Positions 9,361 to 19,610 of a stretch of 20,616 nucleotides of DNA are shown here, one piece after another (the first letter of the stretch is position 1; each line of letters opens with the position of its first letter). Under the pieces are notes generated by a model. The model was not told the DNA's origin. It ran no database searches and worked only from the letters and a program-made list of their open reading frames with translations. The stretch comes from Paraspadella gotoi. Taxonomy: Eukaryota; Animalia; Chaetognatha. The stretch is taken from assembly GCA_051294375.1 (NCBI GenBank), contig JBJCIZ010000235.1:1-20616 (forward strand). Reading direction: 5' to 3'. The position numbers and the translations under genes are program-made.

Positions 9361-10104
9361 TCTGGCAGTAAAAACTACGGTTTCTCCATACAGCCAATCT
9401 TTTCCAGAGAAACGATTATGATCGAATACAAAGTGAGTAGAGAGAGAAGCAAGTTTCCAACCACAAGAGTTAGAAGGACAGTGATCAGTGGTGAGAATAG
9501 ACAAAGGTAAGGACAGATGAATTTAGTTTTGAAAAGAAGGGGAAATGGTTCAATTAAGGAAGAAGAGAGAGAGAGAGAGACAGGGAGAACAGAAAATAAT
9601 AGCATTCTATAATGGGACAACATTTAAAAAACGATTTTTAGAATACGTGGAAAATTTTTAAAATAACAACTATTAATAAATAATTGAAGCAAAAGAAAAG
9701 AAAATAAAAAGTGAAGATATACATTTGGTGAAGTGAGATACAAAGTAATTAGTAAAGTGAAAGGTTAAGAATTAAGAAAGAGCTCAAAATAAGAGATGGC
9801 CCCCTTGGCTTTTGGCAAATGAGAGGCTGTGGACGATGAGGCCGGGGACACTTGGACGTGTCATTGGTTGAGAAGAACAGTTTTGACTCGAATATGTATA
9901 GTGCTGGATTGGATAGGCTTCCTTGAGGGAAGATTCCTTGTGGTACTCGAAATGTTCCTCTATTGGCTTGAATACACTGTCGGTTTCCCCTCTTCTCGCC
10001 TGTTGGCGGTGGGTGGCGTGTGCCATTCTTACCGCTTTTGCGACAGGAGTGGTGGACTCCTCTCCCTCCTGGCTCCTGTAGGCCGTCTTTTTGGCAGCGC
10101 TCAT
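9361..10104 (-). mobile_element. Probable PLE 3' end / pseudo-LTR, copy A
   Basis: Remnant ...TTPVAKAVRMAH...EYHKESSLKEAYPIQH resembles the distal part of a PLE GIY-YIG domain, followed by a pyrimidine-rich UTR; 9361-10016 is repeated in inverted orientation at 11669-12302. Confidence 0.5.
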
Positions 10105-10737
10105 TCCACAGAAGAGGGAACTGAGTTACATATTTTAATGCTCAAAACAATTATTCGTAAACTAGATGGATAACCACCAAAAACATTTGTACTAGGCCCA
10201 ACTTGTCTGCTTTGAATGGGTCCTGCTATCGACGCCGTTACAATCGGCGAGCGCTTTAGGACTTTGCGCGCCCCAGAGGCTGACTATGGAAAATGAGAGT
10301 GGAGATTAAGCCAAACCAACTCAATCTTGAAACCATTTCATTTACTATAATCTATTATTAGTTGATTCAGTTTTAGTTTTTGTCACTCTCACTTTAAGTT
10401 TTGTTTCATGATTTTGTTTTTTTATTCATTTTATAAATTTTCAAAATAATTAGAGAGAGTTTTTAACATTACAAATAATAAATTTATTAAATATATAAAA
10501 ATAAACCTGCTCTGACGCCTTGTTTCTTGATCTCAAAACTCAATAAAATGCGAAGAAAAAAATAATATCAGACTTGACTTAAATGCAAACATAGGTGAGG
10601 TAGCCAGCCGTGTGCTGAAATGCCTGACTGCCTTTTATATCATAAACCTTACCTCTCTTGCCTTAGCAGGATTTTTTTTAATAATTTATTTTTTCTTTTT
10701 GTTTTATATTATGAAAGTATTAAACACCATTTGAATA

Positions 10738-10993
10738 GGACCTGAAGCTCCTGGACGAAAAAAGCCAGAGGTTTTTTCAACTATATTCTTTTACCCGGCC
10801 AAATTTTAGAAATAGATGGCAATAATGCTATTTTTAAGTTTCAAAAAAAATCCGAACCATTAAATATAGAAAATATTAACGAAATCTTCGGAAAATTCAC
10901 CCCTTCTTGGAAGATTTTCGCCATAGGAAGATTTTTACCGAATCTGACTCCGCGGTTGAAAACTCTTTAGGAAATTCGCGATCGTTAGCCCCC
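10738..10993 (+). mobile_element. MITE copy (indel-rich)
   Basis: Colinear with 14440-14676 over its whole length, differing mainly by single-base insertions. Confidence 0.85.
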
Positions 10994-11668
10994 TTTTACT
11001 TTAAATAAAATTTCAAACCAAAATATGACTAATCACTTTGACTTTACCATGTATCGTATCATATCAAAATACCAAATAAAATGTTAAAGAAAATTTTGAG
11101 AGCCCTTCAGACACTTTGCCAAAGGATTTCCAAAATTGAACGTCAATTGTTGAAGCATGGAACATACACTCAGTCACGTTGTTATATCGTTATTTCAAGG
11201 AAAAAATCCCTTTCATTTTCTTATATAAAATCAGAGATGGAAAATTTTTCCGTCCAGAAGCAGTGTATTTTGTTCTGGCTTGTTGATATCAAGATGTTGA
11301 TCGATTTGAAAAAGAAGAAAAAAAAATGCGAGCCCTTCAGATGCAACAGGGATCAGAATCAAGTGTTTTACAATCGATACTATTTACCAGAATTTTACCA
11401 GGGGCGTTTATATTGTGGTAGTCCAGTTGAAACGAAAATTCTCCAGTATTGAAAAAGTCTTCCATCATCTCTAAGAACGAACGTTAGGACTCCTAATTTG
11501 AAATAAATACACAGAATCCATAAATTTATTAGTTTCGCTAAATCGCCTTAGTTTATTATTTTACTTTATTTTTGTGGTTAAAAAAAATGAAAAACTTTAC
11601 TATACTTAATAGATAAAATATCTCTTTTAGAAATGAAAACAAGTTATATATTTCTTATTTCATATATA

Positions 11669-12302
11669 CCACCCACCCCGCCAACAGGCGAGAAGAGGGA
11701 AACCGACAGGTGTATCAAGCCAAAGAGACATTCGAGTACCACAAGGAATCTTCCCTCAAGGAAGCCTATCCAATCCAGCACTAACATATTCGGTCAAACT
11801 GTCTTCTCAACCAATGACACGTCAATGTCCCGGCCTCATCGTCCAAGCCTCTCATTTGCAAAAGCCAAGGGGGCCATCTCATTTTGAGCTCTTTCTTAAT
11901 TCTTAACCTTTCACTTTACTAATTACTTTGCTATCCCTCACCAAATGTATATCTTCACTTTTTATTTTCTTTTCTTTTCTTCAATTATTTATTAATATTG
12001 TTATTATTAAAAATTTCAGTATTCAAAAATCTTTTTAAATGTTGTCCATTAAGAAATGTATTATTTTCTTTCTCCCTGTCTCTCTCTCTCTCTCTCTTCC
12101 TAATTGACCATTTCCCTTCTTTTCAAAACTAAATTCAATCTGTCCTTACCCTTGGTCTATTCTCACCACTGATCAGCTGTCACTTTCTTAAAACTCTGTG
12201 TTGGAAACTCTTGCGCTCTGCTCTCTCTCTCACTTGTTATTCATCATAATCGTTTCTCTGGAAAAGATTGCTGTATGGACGCAGTAGTTTTTTACTGTCA
12301 GA
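11669..12302 (+). mobile_element. Inverted copy B of 9361-10016 (probable PLE pseudo-LTR)
   Basis: For example GAGTACCACAAGGAATCTTCCCTCAAGGAAGCCTATCCAATCCAGCACTA is the reverse complement of ~9899-9949; the repeat is certain, the PLE identity is inferred. Confidence 0.8.
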
Positions 12303-12450
12303 AACAATGTTCTATTAGTTTTACTATGCCACGAGGGTCCGCGCATGTTCCATCATTCGTCGCTGTAGGTTAACTTCGGCTTTAACATGGCAGAAGGTTT
12401 TCTAAATCCTCTGAATGCGAACGTAAATGTCGAATAAATGACGGGAATAC
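12302..12450 (-). mobile_element. Degenerate PLE GIY-YIG fragment
   Basis: Across frameshifts: VIY... then KAEVNLQRRMMEHAR... then HSK/LIEHCF, matching the PLE pattern VIY...YIG.T...L..RM.EH......S.L.EH. Confidence 0.5.
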
Positions 12451-12787
12451 AATTCGCGTGAATAAGTTGTATTTATCTGTACGGGTTCAATGGAGAACTT
12501 TAAAAGAGTAACAATGAGGTTCATGTTAGAAAACTCTGGATTCCTAAGAACTACCGTTTCATAGCAAGCCATATCTTTTCCAGAGAAACGATTATGATTC
12601 AATAACAGTGCGAGGTTTTCGGCTAAAAGAAAGTTACAAGAACAAGCGACTAGTACGGTGATAAACGAACTGGTCTGAAAAGGTTAACTAAATGAGAGGG
12701 GAAATGACCAGACGCGAGGTCACAAAATCTTTCACTCTCTCTGCCCTTCTTTAAATGAAACATTTGTGAATAATTCACAAAACATTT

Positions 12788-12833
12788 TAGGCGCTGAAGA
12801 AGGCTCGAATTTGAGCCGAAACATGTACGTTTA
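12788..12833 (+). ncRNA. Minimal type I hammerhead ribozyme
   Basis: UAGGCG-CUGAAGA-A-GGCUCG-aauu-UGAGCC-GAAA-CAUGUA-CGUUUA: intact core, 6-bp stem II, 6-bp stem I (two G.U), palindromic ACAUGU stem III, GUA cleavage after 12827. Confidence 0.92.
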
Positions 12834-13473
12834 TAATTACAATTGTTGTGCAAAAGTATTCACACTATTCCTTTAATCCATTTTTTATTGTAAGAATTTA
12901 CATCCTTGTTATACAGACTAAAATGAGTCAATAAAATTTAAACAAAATTGATAAGAGGTTTATGAAAATAGTGATAAAGTTAATTTTGCTGAACAAATTG
13001 TAATAGTAATTATTATTATTATTTATGTGTTATTATTAATTGTACTAATATTTAAACAGAGTAGTTTCTTATTTAAAACGATTTTACCCCATCTTTCATG
13101 AGAATTTTTGTCATTTTGATAAAAAAGACAGATCGGCCAGAGCAATCTACGGAAGGGGGAGATGTGGTAATGGGTAAGGCCTATGGTAAGTCAAGCTGGT
13201 AAAGCTTATATAAGCTGGTATAAAATTTAAAGTAGCTTACTAAAAGCTTTTATAAGCTTTAAAAAGGATATTGACTGCGTTATGTGCTTGGTACTTATTT
13301 TCCATTTTGCTTAATTTTTAACAATTTTTTATGAAAATACTTATCTTTTAGAATCATCAATATTTATATAAACATATTTTTTTGTATTCTTATGCATTAA
13401 AATGGGTTTAAATTCTTTGTTTCAACTATATTTTAATTTAAAAAGTGAACTTAACCAGCTTTCTCGGATATAA

Positions 13474-13663
13474 AATTTTGCTATTTTTTTACAATTTTTT
13501 TGCATCAAATTGCTTTATAAAATCGATAGAACGGGAAAATTGAGCGAACAAATTTTCATTTTTTTTATCTTGGGGCATAGTAATATATCAAATACAAAAA
13601 ATTAAGGGGACACAAGAGGTCATATATCATATATTGTATTTATGCTCCGCGCTATTGCTGCAT
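13474..13663 (-). repeat. Inverted copy of the 8936-9124 repeat
   Basis: Shared exact 27-nt block and aligned flanks (AGCGCRGAGYATAAATACAA). Confidence 0.85.
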
Positions 13664-14097
13664 GGTCTAACTGATGCATCATTTTTCATTTATTACAAGT
13701 CTAAACTAGTGTTAAACTTATAATAAAACTTATTAACTACAGTTCAAGTTTATTATACTTTAGTTTAAACAGAATGATTGATTAGTTCAGAACAAATCAA
13801 TCAAAGCCTTCTTTCTTAAGTCAAAAAAAAGGAAAAAAATTGAGAAAAAAACTGTATGAACCTAGATTGATTGAATCTTAATATAAAAAAAATGTAATAA
13901 TTATGAGTAAATGAAAAAAAAACTGGCAGGTTTAGTCTTATGTCGTATTTTATGGAAGAATTTCCAAAGTACAATAGAAACAAATGAAGCAAATTATGTA
14001 CAATGAGCATTTAATTGGTAGTTCACTTATTTATAAAGGTTTGATGTAAAAGAAAAAAGTTTTAATCAGCATTAACAACGATTTTATTAATAATAAA

Positions 14098-14137
14098 GGT
14101 TTCGACTCTAGCTTTTATGAGTCTTCTTCAGCGGTTT
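14098..14137 (-). ncRNA. Incomplete hammerhead ribozyme (cleavage site / stem I 3' arm missing)
   Basis: Minus strand AAACCG-CUGAAGA-A-GACUC-auaaaagcua-GAGUC-GAAACC, with no following NUH plus stem I partner; preceded by a pyrimidine-rich tract as at the 6919 copy. Confidence 0.65.
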
Positions 14138-14439
14138 GACTCAACAGATTTCGGTTTCACAAAGATTCCCTTCCAACAAAGAATTGAAGAAAAGATAGTG
14201 GTCAGAAATGAGGATAGGTTGAGGTAAGAATAGGGAAGGAGAGAGAGTGAATAAATTTGAAACTAGTAAAAGAGAAAGAGAGAGAGAGAAAGGAAAAATC
14301 ATTATATTAAGCAATATACAACAAAGATAGATTTAAATTAAGCAAACGTAATTTTAAACTAAAGAAATAATAATAATAAACGTGAATAAGTTAGATTATG
14401 ACATGTAAGTAAAAATAAAATATAAAAATAAGTGGTTTA

Positions 14440-14676
14440 GGACTAAGATCTGACGAAAACAGCCAGAGGTTTTATTAATGTATTCTTATACCGGCCAATG
14501 TAGAATGATGGCAATATTGCTATTGTTAAGTTTAAAAAAAATCCGACCATAAATATAGAAAATATTAACCAAAATCTTCAGAAAATCCACCCCTTCTTTG
14601 GAAGATTTTTGCCATAGAAGATTTTTCCCGAATCTGACTCCTGGTTAAAAACTCTTAGAATTCCGATCTTAGCTCC
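14440..14676 (+). mobile_element. ~237-bp MITE-like element with ~14-bp imperfect TIRs
   Basis: 5' GGACTAAGATCTGA versus reverse complement of the 3' end GGAGCTAAGATCGGA; three copies in the window; abuts the broken end of the BEL-like gag. Confidence 0.75.
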
Positions 14677-15796
14677 GCCTTCGTCTTCTCCATTGTCGCA
14701 GGTGTCTTTGCTGACTTCGCCGGCGGTCTAAAATTAAGAACCTCTTGGTTTATGGCTAGAAATGACAAAAAATCACTAAAGGAAAGATCATCATTCCAAT
14801 GGTGATACTGTCGGTACATAACCACTTTTTTAGCCCACTTATCTGATAAAGGTGGCAGCCGTTTGTTGAGGAGATCCGCCATGATGGCCACACGATCGAG
14901 GTCCGCAAGTCTGTCCGTTTCCCTTGCGGGCCGTGAGACGAGGTACTTCCGGGGCTATGATGTCAAATTTCTGGTAGACCATGTTGACGAGGGAGAGTCC
15001 ATATTCGGAGTGATTTACAGTGTCTACCTTTACCTTGATTTGTTTGGCAATTTCCGAGGCGCTAATGGACGTTGTCTCAAAAATGTCACATAGGCCTTTG
15101 TACAGGCTGCCATCAATAGGGCCGACGAAGCAGCTTACTTCGTAGTCGCGGGTAAACAAAGCCTTCAATTGATCGTCTACGGCTCTGATGTCCAGGTTTC
15201 AGTCCCTTTAGGAATTCTGGTGGAGTTTCGTCTGCGCGGCGTTTTTCTATCTTTATGGATCGGTTTCGCGGGGGGGCCACAGCGGGTCCGCTTAGGATCC
15301 TTTGCCTTTCTGGGTGCTCATCCGTGAAGCTGCATGAGCTATCATGCCTTTCTTGACTAGTGTCGTACCTAACTTGTCCGCCGGGTTGGTCCATTTCCAT
15401 GTAGTCATAGATCTTCGTCGGCATCTCTTTTATTTCGCTGACGTCAGCTTTGGTGCTTTTGAGATCAGCTTTGATTTTTCCAATCTCAGTTTGGAGTCCC
15501 CCAACGTAATCGTTCATCTTTCTGATTTTCTGGTTCAGAGAGCTATAGGCTTTTTTCATTTCGAGCTTATTCGCGTTGATGAGAAGTAAGTTTTGACCTA
15601 ACGCGACGTCCATATGTCCCTGTCCAGTTTCGACGACTCTGCGCAGGTTCTTGGGTAGATTGAGGCAGTTCATCACCTCAATTGTTTCACCATTTCCCAC
15701 GTTCGCGGCGGCTTTGTCATTGACGTTCATCTTTTCCATTTCGCGCACAATGTCGTCGATCGCGGCGTTTTCCTGCGTGGACGGAGCTTTGGCCAT
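14677..15796 (-). pseudogene. gag: BEL/Pao-like Gag, two frameshifts, 3'-truncated
   Basis: Three overlapping ORFs (15113-15796, 14839-15168, 14655-14891) join into ~370 aa: N-terminal coiled coil (LNQKIRKMNDYVGGLQTEIGKIKADLKSTKADVSEIK) and LLNKRLPPLSDKW...LSFSDFLSFL resembling the BEL/Pao Gag motif L..KLP..L..KW...F..F..FL; LTR/PBS-like sequence upstream. Confidence 0.6.
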
Positions 15797-16047
15797 TTTG
15801 TCGTCTTTCCTCGCGATTTTTTTTATTCGCTTTCTGACGTCATTGACTTTGGATCATTTTTGCTTTCCTTTGGTTACCTATGTTTAGTCCTTAACGTTTC
15901 TTTGTCGCGAAATGCTTTCGAGAAAATTTTGTTTTTTGAGTTGGTAGAGCGGTCCGGTTTGGCGGCGTGGGGCGATTTAGATTTTCGAAAGTTTTATTTT
16001 TGATGAATAATTTTAATTTTCGAAGTTTCTTTCAGAATCTTTAGCAT

Positions 16048-16059
16048 GCCAGCGCATCA
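16048..16059 (-). promoter_or_regulatory. Possible PBS (tRNA-Gly-like)
   Basis: TGATGCGCTGGC versus tRNA-Gly(UCC) PBS start TGGTGCGTTGGC (10/12), 3 nt after ...TCATACA. Confidence 0.4.
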
Positions 16060-16062
16060 AAG

Positions 16063-16477
16063 TGTATGATAGTTAGACCAGTGGTGGTAAATAATACTCA
16101 AAGTGATATAAGGAATAGGCCTCTGTCTCGCCTTCTTCCTCCCCTTCGTCTTCTTGCTTTCTTCTCCCTCGTCTTCGAAATTCACAGTCGCTCACGTACA
16201 TCCCGGATGTCTCCCACTCTCTCTATAAATATCTCCCCCTTTACTATTTCTGTCTCTCTCTCTCTCTTAGCATCTTGACGTTTAAGACCATAAAATTGAA
16301 ATTAAGAAAGGCGTCGGGATTCTTTTGTCGTTGTTGTCGTGACGTACAAAAATGTGGACTTTGAGAGAGGCGTTGCCGCGCTCGGACAACATGTAAGGAG
16401 CTGATTGGGGGACGGCCGCGTCTCTGACGCGACCGTCGCCAATCGGGAGACTTGGGCGATTCTCGACCCCCTCCACA
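16063..16477 (-). mobile_element. Putative 5' LTR of the BEL/Pao-like element
   Basis: GC-richer block with TGTGGAG...CATACA termini, CCAAT boxes and TATTTATA at ~16224-16231; lies directly upstream of the PBS candidate and gag. Confidence 0.55.
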
Positions 16478-16774
16478 TGAGCAAAGATATAAAAGCAACA
16501 ACTCTGAAGCATCAGAGAGAACCTTATAATAATTATTTTTAGTCTCCATATTTTTGCTCATTAAATTTGTGAAGTGTTCTTTAACACTTGATAAAAATAA
16601 ACTATTTCTGCCATCCTATTTTTGAACCAAAATCTCTCATTATTTATTACAATAAACGAAGAAAGAAGAAGAAGGAGAGAAAGAATTCGATTAGCGAGCC
16701 AGTGGAGTCAGCAAACCAAAGAACCCGTAAAGCAACTTTAGGCACAGTTGTCCCTGCTGCAATGATGCTACCAA

Positions 16775-16791
16775 TGGTGGCAGCGTGGGAT
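16775..16791 (+). promoter_or_regulatory. Primer binding site, tRNA-Leu(AAG/UAG)
   Basis: TGGTGGCAGCGTGGGAT versus canonical TGGTGGCAGCGGTGGGAT (one deletion); preceded by ...CTACCA-A and an AATAAA at 16651, consistent with the 3' part of an LTR. Confidence 0.85.
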
Positions 16792-17113
16792 ACTGTTGCT
16801 GCAAGACGTTGCTGCAAGCCTGACTCTAGGGCTCGTGAACATCTCTCTCCGAAGGTTGGTGAAAGAAAGACGGCGATTTCAACGCGACGACGAGCGAACT
16901 ATTGGGTGTTTGGAAGCCCTGAACGACCCGACTTCTACGATTTAGCGCCCTCACTCTTGGGCGCAAATCGCCTTCGTCATCGCCGTATGTTTTTCGGCAC
17001 GCCGACGCATTGACGCATGGAACCGGAACCAAACCACCAGGGGCGGAAACTCCGTCGTCGACGGATTCGCCGCCCCGCCATCCGACTCAATTGCCGCCAG
17101 GACCGCGGAGACG

Positions 17114-18364
17114 ATGATGACTCTCCTCGGGCAGATGATGAACCAGATGCTGCAAATGCAACAGCAACAGACGCAAGTTGCCGCTATGATGCAGGTACTT
17201 TTGTCTAGAGGGGAGAATCTTGCTCCGCCTCATATTTTGGTTCCAACGGTCACCTTTTTGCCGCCCGAGCGAGCACCATCCGTCTCATTGACGTCTTCAG
17301 CGTCACTTCCGGCGTCACCGGCGGCGACCATTATGCCGCCTGCGCCGCCATTTCCGCATCCACCAGCACCTGTTCCGCCGATTGTGGCCGTCAAACTCTC
17401 TCCTCCCTCGTCAGCACCGGTTTCCGGATCCGACGAATCCGGCTAAGACGAGGTCAACGCTGTCGGTCACGACGAGATCAACGCGCCCACCACAACGACT
17501 CCCACGACGAGTACTGCCGCTACGACTACGACCACTTCCGTGCGAACGCCCATAGCGACGGCCGCCGCCGCCGCCGCAGCCGATGAGGATGATGACGACG
17601 TCGAGTCCGTCGTCGTTCCTGTTGGCAGCCGTCTTGGACGATTCACCATAAGAGCGCCGCTCCAACCGACGTTCCCTAAGTATGAGGATGGTGATTCCTT
17701 GAGGAGCTTCGCGTTCGCGTTTGAGGAGGAAGTGATGACTAGCGAGATGCCGCGCAAAGTTTGGAGGGGAAAGTTCGTAGCTTTATTGAAGGGAGTTCCA
17801 CGCACAATGGCCACAAACTTCATCCAAGCGCGGATGGCTGCTGGAACAGACGCCACGTACGACGAGGTGCGTGACCACCTCTTCGACCGGTTGGAAGCTT
17901 CTCTAGACGAAGCAGCTTGTCATGAGCTGGAGAGCGCGGTCAAGAAGAAAGAAGAAACCATGCTGATGTACGCTGCCCATCTCCAAACACTCGCTGTCCG
18001 TGCCTATGGACGTGAGAACGACAATTCTCAAATCGAAACTAAGGTGCGGGAAGTTTTTATGAGGAACCTAAGAGGACCTCTGGGGCACAAAGTTCGAGAG
18101 ATGCTCCCCGAGACGTTGGACCGCTCCATTTCGTTTGCACGTTATTATGAGACGCAAGGATATTCTGAGGAATCAAAAGCCGTCGTACACGCCCTTGGCT
18201 CCTCCGGAAGCAGTGCCGCCAGCAGCGCCGCCTCCAAAAGTGCCGCAGGATCGTGTTGGCACTGCGGCGTCACGGGGCATCGAAGAGATGATTGCTGGAA
18301 AATTTATCCGGAGAAACGTCCCAAAAACTCAAAACTTCAAGAACAAGTCGACGCAACCAAGTAA
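17114..18364 (+). pseudogene. gag: Ty3/Gypsy Gag with one in-frame stop
   Basis: ORFs 17114-17446 and 17540-18364 share a frame separated only by TAA 17444-17446; capsid-like region (PKYEDGD...LLKG...TYDEVRDHL...ETMLMYAAHLQTLAVRAY...FMRNL) and CCHC knuckle CWHCGVTGHRRDDC at 18254-18295. Confidence 0.9.
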
Positions 18365-18491
18365 GGACCGGAAGAAACCTGGGAAGGGGGGAGAAAGAAA
18401 GGGACCGCGCTCTCCCCCCGCCCCGTCTCAATCCTCACCCTTGTCCCCGCCTCATCTTAAACGAAGGCAGGGCCGAGCTCGACCTCTCTGA

Positions 18492-19610
18492 CGACTTCAA
18501 AGGAACGGATCCGCTTCAGGAAATCGCGACATCTCCAAGGGAACCGGAAGTCCAGCGCGCGCCGGGTCACTCACGCGTCTCGCCACAGCGCCACCGGCTT
18601 CGCAGGAGATCTACCAAGCACCTGATGACAACGATCCCATTCCTGAGCAGATTGACGAGACTCGAGCTCCGACGAGGGAAGCGCCGCCTATTTCCATCGA
18701 CGACGCCGATCATCGAGGGAGCGCCGCTTCAATACCTGAGACGACGATTTACCGGTTAGATTTAAATATTCCTGGACCATTTATTCCTGTACAATTTGGC
18801 AATGAAATTTTAGAGACCATGATTGATACTGGCAGCAGATCGCTAAATTTACTCTCTAATGATATATTACGTAACCAATTGCATATACAATATCCATTGC
18901 GAAGCGAGCCAGTAAAGGTCATGGGAATTGGTGGGGGTGATCTAGGGCTGTTAGACTCTGTCAATATTAGTTGTAACAAAAATAACACCCCTAGGAGCAT
19001 TGTATTTCATATAGTACAAGAGAAAGGCATTTGTATTTTGGGTTTAAAAGGAATGCAAGATTTTGACATGGTATTAGACACAAAAAATCAAACGGTACAA
19101 TGTAACGGCAGATGGTTAAAATATCGTGAAAAACGCGAGATGGGTAACCAAGTTCGAGTTGCCATGGTAACCACTAAACAAGACTGTAATCTAAAACTGC
19201 ATGAGACTGTCGTTATTCCCGCTAACTCGCAAATAATAACTTTCGTTGATGTCGCCGATGATTTCGCCGCCGAGGAAATGCTTGAAATAGATTGCCAATT
19301 CGCGTGTCGCCATTATGGAATCATTATTCTGCGTTATGTTTGTCGCCCTATGAAAAGCATTCCTGTGTTAATTAAAAATTGGTTCTGTTCGCCGATGAAA
19401 CTGTATCGAGGAAGTACGATGGGCGTGGCCAAACCTTGTATTGTTGCGGAAGTGAATGATGATGATAATTCCAAGCCTGTGATCGATATGAAGCATGATG
19501 TTGAAGGTGAAGAGTCGCCTGATGGGCATCCTATTGGAATGATTGATTTGTCTCATCTGGATGATGAAAAGAAAAATAAAGTTGCGGCAGTATTAAGACG
19601 AAAATATTGA
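18492..19610 (+). pseudogene. pol: Ty3/Gypsy Pol N-terminus: aspartic protease plus spacer domain, truncated before RT
   Basis: MIDTGS active site (18825-18833), GIGG flap, ILG..MQDF..VLD motif; ends IDLSHLDDEKKNKVAAVLRRKY, the helix that normally precedes RT; no YxDD follows. The same frame is open from 18135 apart from TGA 18489-18491. Confidence 0.9.

Noticed and set aside
11081-11495. 123-aa plus ORF, or a minus-strand exon (VLTFVLRDDGRLFQYWRIFVSTGLPQYKRP) with plausible AG/GT ends
   Set aside because: Competing interpretations, no recognised homology, and located in the error-prone stretch.
17411-17856. Minus-strand ORFs overlapping gag
   Set aside because: Antisense shadows of a GC-rich coding frame.
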